From Acidimicrobiales bacterium (lineage in GTDB: Bacteria; Actinomycetota; Acidimicrobiia; Acidimicrobiales; Bin134), in contig OZ242339.1 of the NCBI GenBank assembly GCA_965208505.1, positions 621,040 to 685,039 of the forward strand: a stretch of DNA of 64,000 nucleotides, given 5' to 3'. Each line of letters starts with the position of its first letter. The stretch's first letter is position 1. Positions 1 to 8,497 of the stretch are shown one piece after another. A program made the position numbers and the translations under genes. The notes beneath the pieces were generated by a model. That model saw nothing but the letters and a program-made list of their open reading frames with translations. It ran no database searches and was not told the origin of the DNA.

Positions 1-33
1 AGGAGTCAGCGCTTCTGACCTGTCTGTTTGGCT

Positions 34-1326
34 TCAGTCCCAGGCCACCTGGAGTTCGGTGGGTCCGCGGAAGGTGATGTTGGGGAAGTAGTTCAGTTCT
101 TGGTCGTCCACCAGGCGCAGTGACGGAACTCGCTCGGTTAGGGCTTCGATCACCAGCTGGGTCTCGAACTTCGCGAATTTGGCCCCTAGGCAGTAGTGGA
201 CGCCTTTGCCGAAGGAGATGTGGCGGTTGGCGTTGGGGCGGTGGATGTCGAAGTCGTCGGGGTCGTCCCAGATGTTGTCTTGGCGGTTGGCCGAGGCGAA
301 GTTCATGAGGATGGATGTGCCGGCGGGGATGTCATAGCCGGCGATTTCGGTGTCTTGAGTGGTGATGCGGCGCCAGGAGATCTGGCTGGAGTTGAACCGG
401 AGAACCTCTTCGATGGCGTTGGGGATGAGCGATGGATCGGCGCAGACCTCGGCCCAGACATCCCTGCGGGGAAGCAAGCACAGCAGGGAATTGCAGATCA
501 GCGCGGTGACCGCTTCGTGGCCGGCGAATGAAAGGCCGTAGACCACCGACTCCACCTCCCGGTAGGACATGTCGTCGGGGTTGGCTTCGTGGGCGTCGAT
601 GAGCTCGGAGGCGAAGTCGTCGCCCCGGTTGTCCCGTTTGGAGGCGGTGAATTCGCGACAGTAGCGCCAGTAGGCCAGCATCTGTTCGGCGATGTCGGCT
701 TGCTCGGCGGGGGTGGGCTTGCCCCAGGAGAAGGCCTTGCGGTCGCCGCACCAGTGCTTGAGTGTCTCGTCGTCGCCTTCGGGAAAGCCGATGAAGCGGA
801 AGACCGTCTCGCCGGGCAGGGGGAAGGCGAACGCTTTGACGAATTCTGCGGGCGGTCCGGCTTTGAGCATGGCGTCGATGAGCTGGTTGCTGCGGCGGCG
901 GATGTAGGGCTCGAGAGTTTTGATCCGCTTGTTGGAGAACCCGGCTCGGGTGTAAACCCGGATGCGGCCGTGGTCAGGCTCGGAGCGGTTGGACATGACC
1001 GCCACTGGGTTGAAGTCCTCGGCTGAGAGGATGGCTTGAGCCTCAGGGGCGAGGGGGAAGACCGGGTCCTGCACGTTCACCGATGCGAACGTCTCGTGGT
1101 CGGTGAAGATCTGCTCGATGTCTTCCATGCGGGTCACTACCAGGTAGCCGAGCGTCTCGGCGTAGAACACGCCGTGCTCGTCGCGCAGCGCGGCGGCGAT
1201 GGCGTAGGGGTCGGTGAGGTAGTCGGGGTTGAGGGGGCTCCAGGTGGCGTGTAGGGGGCAGTCCGTCGGGGGCGGGCAGGTCGGTGCGCTGCTGTGGTGG
1301 TAGCTGCGTTTTTCGTCGTCTGACAT
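34..1326 (-). CDS. Cytochrome P450 (CYP116-like heme domain, no fused reductase)
   Basis: Heme motif FGKGVHYCLG, ExxR (EEVLR), I-helix AGHEAVT, C-terminal NITFRGP. Confidence 0.93.
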   Translation of the reverse strand: MSDDEKRSYHHSSAPTCPPPTDCPLHATWSPLNPDYLTDPYAIAAALRDEHGVFYAETLGYLVVTRMEDIEQIFTDHETFASVNVQDPVFPLAPEAQAILSAEDFNPVAVMSNRSEPDHGRIRVYTRAGFSNKRIKTLEPYIRRRSNQLIDAMLKAGPPAEFVKAFAFPLPGETVFRFIGFPEGDDETLKHWCGDRKAFSWGKPTPAEQADIAEQMLAYWRYCREFTASKRDNRGDDFASELIDAHEANPDDMSYREVESVVYGLSFAGHEAVTALICNSLLCLLPRRDVWAEVCADPSLIPNAIEEVLRFNSSQISWRRITTQDTEIAGYDIPAGTSILMNFASANRQDNIWDDPDDFDIHRPNANRHISFGKGVHYCLGAKFAKFETQLVIEALTERVPSLRLVDDQELNYFPNITFRGPTELQVAWD

Positions 1327-1347
1327 GGCCGAGCGCTCTGCGTGTGG

Positions 1348-2166
1348 TTAGTCGAAGCCCAGCTCGAACGAGCCGAGCGGGCCGAAGTCGAAGCGGAACT
1401 CGTCGCCGGGGCGGATGTCGATGGGGCGGGTGAACGAGCCGGCCAGGATGGTCTGGCCGGTTTCGAGGGTGAGGCCTTGTTCGTGGTAGCGGCGGGCTAG
1501 CCAGGCGATTCCCGCCGCGGGGTGGTCGAGCACGCCGGCGGCGATCCCCGTCTCCTCGATGTTGCCGTTTCGGTAGCCCAGTGCACCGATCCACCGCAGG
1601 TCGATCTCGCGGGGGCCCACCGGGTTCGCCCCGCACACGATGCCGGCGTCGGCGGCGTTGTCGGAGATGGTGTCGATAACGGTGCGGGTGCGGCCGGTCT
1701 CGGGGTCGGTTCGAAAGGAGCGGGCGGCGATGAGCTCGACCGCGGGGCGCACGTAGTCGGTCGCATCGAGCACATCGACAATCGAGAGGTCGGCGCCGGC
1801 GAGGTCGGCGGCGAGCACGAAGGCGAGCTCGATCTCCAGTTTGGGGTCGCAAAAGCGAGAGGCCCGAATGGTGGAGTCGGGCGGGAAGACCATGTCTCGG
1901 GTCAAGAACCCCGAGTCAGGGGTGGCGATGTTCATGGCCGCCTGCATGGCCCGCGATGTGAGCCCGATCTTGTGGCCTACCAACTGCTCATCCCGTTGGA
2001 TCTTGCGTTGAAGCCAGGCGGCTTGCACTTGATAGGCCTCGTCGATGGTCATGTCGGGGTAGACCGAGGTTGTCTGGCGGACCTGGGTGGCGGTGCCCTC
2101 GGCCCGATCGAGCAGGGCAGCCTCGGCCTCGATCTGGTCGCGAGTGAGCGGCGCCGAGCTGGTCAT
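1348..2166 (-). CDS. hpaH: 2-oxo-hept-4-ene-1,7-dioate hydratase
   Basis: GHKIGLTSRAMQ, EIELAF, DTISDNAA, ILAGSFTRP motifs; hpa gene context. Confidence 0.9.
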   Translation of the reverse strand: MTSSAPLTRDQIEAEAALLDRAEGTATQVRQTTSVYPDMTIDEAYQVQAAWLQRKIQRDEQLVGHKIGLTSRAMQAAMNIATPDSGFLTRDMVFPPDSTIRASRFCDPKLEIELAFVLAADLAGADLSIVDVLDATDYVRPAVELIAARSFRTDPETGRTRTVIDTISDNAADAGIVCGANPVGPREIDLRWIGALGYRNGNIEETGIAAGVLDHPAAGIAWLARRYHEQGLTLETGQTILAGSFTRPIDIRPGDEFRFDFGPLGSFELGFD

Positions 2167-2660
2167 GAGGCGGCTTCCTCGACGTCGTCGACGGTTGCCT
2201 CCAGTTGGGCCAAGTCGTGGAGCTCGTGCAGAAGATGGGCAAGGCGTTCGGAGCCGAACTCGGCCTCGATGGCGTTGTACCTCTGTTCCGACTCGGGGGC
2301 AATGGTGCTGACCAGTTCAGCACCCTTTGAGCTGAGGGTGATGAGCGACCGGCGCTGGTCCGAGCTGTGGGGGTGGCGATTGATCAGCCCGTCGTTTTCC
2401 AGCTTGGCCAAGATCCGGGACAGGCTGGGGGCTAGCAAGATCGCCCGCTCGGCCAGCTCGCTGACCTCGAGCGGATCGGAGGCGGCGATCAGGGAGCGGA
2501 GCACTCGCCACTGCTGTTCGGTCAGCCCGTAGTCGGCCAGCATGGGTCGGAACAATCGCATAGTGGCCTCCCGGGCCCGAAGTAGCGTGATGGGAAGCGA
2601 CTCAGAGAACGGCCGCATGGCCGGCGAAGCGTGTCCGGGTACCGAGGAGAGGCGGCTCAT
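2163..2660 (-). CDS. hpaR: MarR-family homoprotocatechuate regulator HpaR
   Basis: C-terminal part of ORF 2163..3329: SLPITLLRAREATMRLFRPMLADYGLTEQQWRVLR; ATG at 2660 overlaps upstream TGA (ATGA). Confidence 0.88.
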   Translation of the reverse strand: MSRLSSVPGHASPAMRPFSESLPITLLRAREATMRLFRPMLADYGLTEQQWRVLRSLIAASDPLEVSELAERAILLAPSLSRILAKLENDGLINRHPHSSDQRRSLITLSSKGAELVSTIAPESEQRYNAIEAEFGSERLAHLLHELHDLAQLEATVDDVEEAAS

Positions 2661-3556
2661 TGGGGAAGCGGGGGGTTTGGGGCCGTGTCTGGTGGTCCGG
2701 GCGGGAACTCGTCGGCGATGGTGTTGCGCAGCGTGCCGATCTCGGGGACGCACACCTCGACCACGTCGCCGGGTTCCAGCCAGATGGGAGGGTCGAAGTG
2801 GGCGCCGGCTCCGGTCGGCGTCCCGGTGAAGATCACATCGCCGGGGCACAGGGTGGTGAAGGTGGACAGGTAGTGGATCTGATAGGCGATGGAGTACTTC
2901 ATGGTGGCGGAGGTGTCGTCTTGGCGCAGTTCCCCGTTGACTCGGGTGGTGAGGCGGAGCTGCTCGAGATCGCCGAATTCGTCGATGGGCACCAGCCACG
3001 GGCCAAGCGCCCCCGACGCTTCCCAATTCTTGCCTTGAGTGACGTTGAACTTGGCGTGGCGTGCCCAGTCTCGGATGGTGCCCTCGTTGCCCAAGGTGAG
3101 GCCGGCGATGTGGCGGCGGGCCTCGGAGACGGGGATCCGGCGCCCGGCCTTCCCGATCACCGCCACGATCTCCCCTTCGTAGTCCAGTTGGCGGCTTTCC
3201 GGCGGGCGGACCAGCGGGCGCTGGTGCCCGGTGAAGGAGTCGGGAAACCGGATGAACACCGACGGATAGGCGGCGTCGGCCTGGTCGGCGTATTCGGCGG
3301 CCCTCCCGCCGTAGTTCACGCCGACGCACAGGATCTTTCCCGGCCAGGGGATGAGCCGTTCAAATGTGATGTCGTCCGCGGCGTGGTCTCCGGTGTCTCC
3401 GGCGTGGGAACGGGCCTCGTCGATCCGGCCGGCGGCAATCAGCTCTTTGAGGTCGGCGATGTCGGGCATCCGGAGGCCAAGATCGACGACCCCTTCGCTT
3501 CCCATCACACCGAAGGTGGCTTGGCCGTTGATCGAATATGACAGGAGACGGGTCAT
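2657..3556 (-). CDS. Fumarylacetoacetate hydrolase family protein (HpaG-like isomerase/decarboxylase)
   Basis: KILCVGVNY, LDYEGEI, GKNW, PGDVIFTGTP motifs. Confidence 0.88.
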   Translation of the reverse strand: MTRLLSYSINGQATFGVMGSEGVVDLGLRMPDIADLKELIAAGRIDEARSHAGDTGDHAADDITFERLIPWPGKILCVGVNYGGRAAEYADQADAAYPSVFIRFPDSFTGHQRPLVRPPESRQLDYEGEIVAVIGKAGRRIPVSEARRHIAGLTLGNEGTIRDWARHAKFNVTQGKNWEASGALGPWLVPIDEFGDLEQLRLTTRVNGELRQDDTSATMKYSIAYQIHYLSTFTTLCPGDVIFTGTPTGAGAHFDPPIWLEPGDVVEVCVPEIGTLRNTIADEFPPGPPDTAPNPPLPQ

Positions 3557-3598
3557 CAGGCTCCGATCTGGACCGGCGGCCCAATTGCGACGCGCGAG

Positions 3599-3618
3599 AT
3601 AGTGAACATGTTAACCAT
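3599..3618. promoter_or_regulatory. Palindromic operator, probably bound by HpaR
   Basis: ATAGTGAACATGTTAACCAT, near-palindrome with perfect AACATGTT core, AT-rich, between the divergent hpa arms. Confidence 0.6.
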
Positions 3619-3666
3619 TTGGATAGGATGGGGACAACACCGGCCATCCGTTGCGGGGACAGGCTC

Positions 3667-4053
3667 ATGCCTCACATCATCATCGAGCATTCAGCGAACG
3701 TGGGTGAGCACCACGACATCGACGCTTTAGTTGCCGCGGTGCATTCTGCTGCTCTGGAGAACGGGCTGCCCTCGCTGCCCTCGTTGCGGACTCGCGCGGT
3801 GTCTCGACAGCACTTCCGCATCTCTACCGGTGATCCCGGTTTTGGTTTCGTGGCCATTACCTGCCGCATTGCACCAGGTCGCGGCGCTGAAGCAAAGCAG
3901 TCGTTTCTCAAGCAAGTGCTTGATGCCGCAGAAGGCCAGGTGATGTCAGAGGGCTGTCCGCTGCATATCGCCTGGTCGATAGAGGTCACCGAGGTTGATC
4001 CCAAATTCAGAATCAATCGCAACCATGTCCGCGATGCATTGGGTGGCATCTGA
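3667..4053 (+). CDS. hpaF: 5-carboxymethyl-2-hydroxymuconate isomerase
   Basis: Starts MPHIIIEHSAN (tautomerase Pro-1), LRTRA; directly upstream of hpaE. Confidence 0.85.
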   Translation: MPHIIIEHSANVGEHHDIDALVAAVHSAALENGLPSLPSLRTRAVSRQHFRISTGDPGFGFVAITCRIAPGRGAEAKQSFLKQVLDAAEGQVMSEGCPLHIAWSIEVTEVDPKFRINRNHVRDALGGI

Positions 4054-5582
4054 TGTCCGGACCTGACCACACGTTTCAGGAGAACGTCGAGGCGGCACAA
4101 CGACATCTCGGCCGGTTCTCGGAGGCACCCTTGCCCCACATGATCGGGACCGACACCCCGATGTCGGTTTCGGGAAAGACCTTCGCCAACACATCCCCGA
4201 TCGACGGCCAGCCCCTTGGCGCGGTCGCGGCAGGAGACGCTGGCGACATCGACGCCGCCGCGCGGGCCGCGGTGGAGGCCTTCGGCTCATGGAGTACCAC
4301 TCCGGGGACCGAGCGCAAACGGATCCTCCACCGGGTCGCCGACCAGATTGAGGAGCGAGCCCACCAGATCGCGGTTACCGAGTGCGTGGACACCGGTCAG
4401 ACCATTCGCTTCATGTCTTCAGCCGCACTTCGAGGTGCGGAGAACTTCCGATTCTTCGCCGACCAAGCGCCCAGCGCGGCCGACGGGCTGTCGCTGCCGT
4501 CGGCCGATCACATCAACTACACGACCCGCCATCCCATCGGTCCAGTGGGCGTCATCACCCCGTGGAACACCCCTTTCATGCTGTCCACCTGGAAGATCGC
4601 CCCCGCGCTGGCTGCCGGTTGCACCGTGGTCCACAAACCGGCCGAATGGAGCCCCCTTACTGCTCATCTGTTGGCCGAGGCGGCGCTCGAGGCAGGATTG
4701 CCTCCCGGCGCCTTGAACGTGGTGCACGGGATGGGCGAAACCGCGGGCAAGGGCCTCACCGAGCATCCGGCCATCAAGGCCATCGCCTTCGTGGGGGAAT
4801 CGGCAACCGGCTCGCTCATCCAGGCCCAGGGGGCTCCCACACTGAAGCGGTTGCACTTCGAGCTTGGGGGCAAGAACCCGGTGATCGTCTTCGACGATGC
4901 CGACCTCGAACGGGCTCTGGACGCAGTGATATTCATGATCTACAGCCTCAACGGCGAGCGGTGCACAAGCTCGTCGCGGGTGTTGATCCAAGAGTCGATC
5001 TATGACCAGTTCACCTCCCGGATCGCCGACAAGATCAGCAGCGTGCCGGTCGGACATCCCCTCGACCCCGCCGCAGCAGTCGGCCCCCTCATCCATCCCC
5101 GCCACCATCAAAAAGTGTGCAGTTACCTGGATATCGCAGTTGCCGACGGAGCCACTGTTATTGAGGGCACGCCCTGGGAGGAAGCGCCCGCTGGAGGAAA
5201 CTGGGTGGCGCCCATGCTGTTCACCGGCGCACGCTCCCACATGCGCGTCGCCCAGGAGGAGATCTTCGGCCCGGTGCTCACCGCCATCCCGTTCTCTAAT
5301 GAGGCCGATGCTGTGAAAATCGCCAATGACGTGCCCTACGGCTTGGCCGGCTACATCTGGACCCGCGATGTCGGCCGAGCCCATCGGGTGGCCAATGCGC
5401 TCGACGCGGGCATGATCTGGGTGAACAGCCAGAACGTCCGCCATCTCCCCACCCCGTTCGGCGGGACCAAGGCATCGGGGGTTGGCCGCGACGGGGGCGA
5501 TTGGAGCTTTGACTTCTACATGGAGACCAAGAACATCTCCGTGGCCCTGGACACGCACACCATCCCCAAATTGGGGGGTTGA
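4053..5582 (+). CDS. hpaE: 5-carboxymethyl-2-hydroxymuconate semialdehyde dehydrogenase
   Basis: ITPWNTPFMLSTWK, ELGGKNP, SLNGERCT, NSQNVRHLPTPFGG. Confidence 0.93.
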   Translation: MSGPDHTFQENVEAAQRHLGRFSEAPLPHMIGTDTPMSVSGKTFANTSPIDGQPLGAVAAGDAGDIDAAARAAVEAFGSWSTTPGTERKRILHRVADQIEERAHQIAVTECVDTGQTIRFMSSAALRGAENFRFFADQAPSAADGLSLPSADHINYTTRHPIGPVGVITPWNTPFMLSTWKIAPALAAGCTVVHKPAEWSPLTAHLLAEAALEAGLPPGALNVVHGMGETAGKGLTEHPAIKAIAFVGESATGSLIQAQGAPTLKRLHFELGGKNPVIVFDDADLERALDAVIFMIYSLNGERCTSSSRVLIQESIYDQFTSRIADKISSVPVGHPLDPAAAVGPLIHPRHHQKVCSYLDIAVADGATVIEGTPWEEAPAGGNWVAPMLFTGARSHMRVAQEEIFGPVLTAIPFSNEADAVKIANDVPYGLAGYIWTRDVGRAHRVANALDAGMIWVNSQNVRHLPTPFGGTKASGVGRDGGDWSFDFYMETKNISVALDTHTIPKLGG

Positions 5583-5587
5583 CGAGC

Positions 5588-5980
5588 ATGAGCCTCTACT
5601 ACGTGCAGAAGTTCCTGTATCAGCTCAACCGCGACCAGGCAGTGCAGGACGCCTACCGCGACGATCCCCGCGGAGTGCTGGCCGGCTTCGAGTTGACCGA
5701 CCAGGAGATCGGCGCTCTTGTCGCCCCCGACATCGGCCTTCTGTTCGTGTTGGGGGTGAACGGCCAGATCCTCATGCACTTCGCCGCCTTCCACCAGATC
5801 AGCTGGGCCGATTATCTCCAGCGGATGCGAGACGGCATCGCCGAGCACGGGCCCGTGAGGGAAGGGGTCTACGCGATGACAGGCTACGAGGGTGTGGATG
5901 CCCACGCCGCCGCCATCGGCCAAACAACCAGGGCGGTCCGCGGCGCTGGCAGCCCCGGAGCAGAAAGTATGCAGAAGTGA
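5588..5980 (+). CDS. Aromatic ring-opening dioxygenase small subunit (LigA-like)
   Basis: MSLYYVQKFLYQLNRD...FELTDQE...LGVNGQILMH; overlaps the LigB-like start. Confidence 0.75.
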   Translation: MSLYYVQKFLYQLNRDQAVQDAYRDDPRGVLAGFELTDQEIGALVAPDIGLLFVLGVNGQILMHFAAFHQISWADYLQRMRDGIAEHGPVREGVYAMTGYEGVDAHAAAIGQTTRAVRGAGSPGAESMQK

Positions 5981-6825
5981 CCCTGGTCTACGCAGGGGCG
6001 GCCAGCCACGCCCCTGGGATCACCGGGCGGGCTGAACAGGCCGACGTCGAAGTACGCGACGCCTTCTACACCGCCTACGACGACATGAGATCGGCCATTG
6101 AGGCCAGCGGTGCCGAAGCGATGATCGTGGTCGCCGCCGAGCACTTCGCCAACTTCTTCATGGACAACATGCCCAGCTTCGCCCTGGGAATGGCCGATTT
6201 CTACGACGGCCCCATCGAAGACCCGTCCTGGCTGGGAATCGACCGGTTCCGGGCGCCGGGCGACCGGGAACTGTCGCAGCGGCTCATCTCCGAGGTCATG
6301 CAGACCGTAGACGTGGCCTACGCCGAGGAGTGGAAATTCGACCACGGCATCGCCGTGCCCCTGCACTTCCTCACTCCCCGTTTCGACATGCCGATAGTCC
6401 CGGCCAACATCAACTGCCAGGGCCCTCCGCTGACACCGCTTCACCGTGCATGGGCCTTCGGCGAAGCCCTCCGGCGAGCGGCCGACTCAGTGCCCGAGAA
6501 GATCGCCCTGGTCGGAACCGGCGGCATCTCCCACTGGCCGGCCACTCCTGATTCCGGCAAGATCAACGAGGCTTGGGACCGCGAGTTCCTGGATCGGTGG
6601 CAGCGAAACGACCGCGGGTCGCTGCTCGGCTACGACGACGAGTCGGTGTACGCGCAAGCCGGTCAGGGCGGTTTCGAGATACGCACTTTCGTCGCGGTCA
6701 GCGCCGCAGCCGGAGGCGCTACCGGCACCGTCCACTTCTACGCCCCGATCCCGATCTTCGCGGTCGGCTGCACCGTGGCCTCCTACGACCTGCCGCCCAG
6801 CGATCCGGCGCCCAAATCGCCCTGA
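5977..6825 (+). CDS. Class III extradiol dioxygenase catalytic subunit (LigB-like)
   Basis: SHAP, EHFANFF, FDHG, GTGGISHWP, GGFEIRT; GTG at 5977 overlaps upstream TGA. Confidence 0.88.
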   Translation: MTLVYAGAASHAPGITGRAEQADVEVRDAFYTAYDDMRSAIEASGAEAMIVVAAEHFANFFMDNMPSFALGMADFYDGPIEDPSWLGIDRFRAPGDRELSQRLISEVMQTVDVAYAEEWKFDHGIAVPLHFLTPRFDMPIVPANINCQGPPLTPLHRAWAFGEALRRAADSVPEKIALVGTGGISHWPATPDSGKINEAWDREFLDRWQRNDRGSLLGYDDESVYAQAGQGGFEIRTFVAVSAAAGGATGTVHFYAPIPIFAVGCTVASYDLPPSDPAPKSP

Positions 6826-6833
6826 GGGGCGGC

Positions 6834-7733
6834 TCACAAGTCGGCCAGGGGGGACCGGTCTGTGCCGTCGAGGGTGATGGCGCCGTCGGGCAGCACCGAG
6901 ACTTCGTGCCAGAGGCGGAGCTGGATCTGGCCTCCGAGCTCGCCGACCATCGCCAAGAACGAGTCGAAGATGGCCAGGTGCGTCGGGTGGGAGCGGGACC
7001 ATGCCTCCAGTGAGGCCAAATCCCGGAACCACCCCACGAAGCTGGTGGATTCCAAGTCCTCGCCGTCGAGGGTCTGCTCTTGGAGGAAACGGCTGGACAG
7101 ACATCCGGTGCCTGGATTTCTGGACAGGAACTCGATGCCTGCGGCCAAGTTGGGGGCCACTTGCTCAAAGTACAGGCGGCGCTCTTTGTCGCCGCAGTGG
7201 CGCCAGATCTGCCCTGACCGGATGAGGCACAGGTTGGCGGGCAGGGGCGACGCCGCTTCGGCGGCGAGATCTGAGCCGGCGCTGGCCGGGATCCGGTCGC
7301 GGGCCGCGCCCCAGTACTCGTGGACATCGGTGGGCTGTACCGGGCTGAGATTCCGCACTCCCGGGGTTGCCTCCCCGGTGGAGTGCAGCGTCTCCCACCG
7401 GTCTGCGGGAATGGTCGCGGCCTCTTCTAGCACCCCGGGCAAAGACATCGCTGCTTTGACGTCGGCGCGCTCCCGCCAGCGGCGGTAGGCGCCGGGGTCT
7501 TTCCAGTAGCCGAGAAACACCGCAGTGGGAACCTCCTCGTTTGCTACTCGGGCCCGCTCCAGGTGCGAGGGCGTGTCGTCGCCGGTGGTGAGCGCCACCC
7601 GCATCTGCGACGCCGCGGAGGCCGAATCCGGGTTTCGGGCGAACAACATGGAGTAGACGGTCGCTTCAGGGAGTCCGACCGCGGTCCAAGCGGGCGCCTG
7701 CGGGGTGTGGCCTTCTGGTCGGTTGGCGGTCAT
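6834..7733 (-). CDS. oxd: Heme-dependent aldoxime dehydratase (phenylacetaldoxime dehydratase family)
   Basis: HEYWGAARDR, LIRSGQ, HPTHLAIF and LRLWHEVSV match the Oxd Arg/Ser/His/His catalytic motifs. Confidence 0.85.
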   Translation of the reverse strand: MTANRPEGHTPQAPAWTAVGLPEATVYSMLFARNPDSASAASQMRVALTTGDDTPSHLERARVANEEVPTAVFLGYWKDPGAYRRWRERADVKAAMSLPGVLEEAATIPADRWETLHSTGEATPGVRNLSPVQPTDVHEYWGAARDRIPASAGSDLAAEAASPLPANLCLIRSGQIWRHCGDKERRLYFEQVAPNLAAGIEFLSRNPGTGCLSSRFLQEQTLDGEDLESTSFVGWFRDLASLEAWSRSHPTHLAIFDSFLAMVGELGGQIQLRLWHEVSVLPDGAITLDGTDRSPLADL

Positions 7734-8497
7734 CGGCCCTCCTTGGCTCTGCCTTTGCGGCTGTTGGGATCGGCAGCGGTTGTCTCAGTCTCGCCGAGAT
7801 AGGCCGCCTGGAGCCGCTCCGGCTGGCTGCGCACCTCGCCGGCCCGGCCCTGGAGCACGATCGCTCCTTTTGCCAGCACGGCGGCTTGGTGGCCGAACGC
7901 CAGGGCGCGGTCGGCAAACTGCTCGACAAGCAGCACCCCGATCCCGTCAGCGGCCATGTCGGCGACCGCGGCCAGCATCCGATCGACGATGGCGGGGGCC
8001 AATCCCAACGACAGCTCGTCGATCAGCAGCACGCGGGGCCGCTGCAATACCGCCCGCCCCAGCACGACCATCTGCTGCTCGCCCCCCGACAGGCTTGCCG
8101 CTTTGACTGCGGCGCGGCTCCGCAACTCGGGAAACAGGTCGAATGCCTGACGCGGCCGGCGCGCGGCGACGAGGAAGTTCTCCTCCACGGTGAGGCTGGG
8201 GAACACCGTCCGGCCCTGCTGGACATAGGACATCCCGAGAGCCACCCGCCGCCGCCGGGAGAACCGGGTGATGTCGATACCGCCGAAGAGCACCCGGCCC
8301 CTGCTGGGGGGGACAACGCCGCTGATGCCGTCCAACAGAGTGGACTTGCCCATGCCGTTCGCGCCCAACAGCACCGTCACCTCTCCAGCTTGCACAGCCA
8401 AGTCCACTCCCCGGACGACCGGCTGGCCCAACCGGTCGACTTGCAGCTCCTCGACACTGAGAACCGCTTGGGGGGCCGGGGCTGCTGGCAGGGTCAC
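7730..8497 (-). CDS. Branched-chain-type ABC transporter ATPase (LivF-like)
   Basis: GANGMGKST, LSGGEQQ, LLIDE; GTG at 8497 overlaps upstream stop. Confidence 0.9.
   Translation of the reverse strand: MTLPAAPAPQAVLSVEELQVDRLGQPVVRGVDLAVQAGEVTVLLGANGMGKSTLLDGISGVVPPSRGRVLFGGIDITRFSRRRRVALGMSYVQQGRTVFPSLTVEENFLVAARRPRQAFDLFPELRSRAAVKAASLSGGEQQMVVLGRAVLQRPRVLLIDELSLGLAPAIVDRMLAAVADMAADGIGVLLVEQFADRALAFGHQAAVLAKGAIVLQGRAGEVRSQPERLQAAYLGETETTAADPNSRKGRAKEGR

Noticed and set aside
2661-3329. Arg-rich N-terminal extension of the HpaR ORF (similar extensions on the LigB, LivF, CysQ, REase and acyl-CoA synthetase ORFs)
   Set aside because: They overlap real upstream genes in another frame; internal starts with stop/start overlaps or an RBS explain the genes
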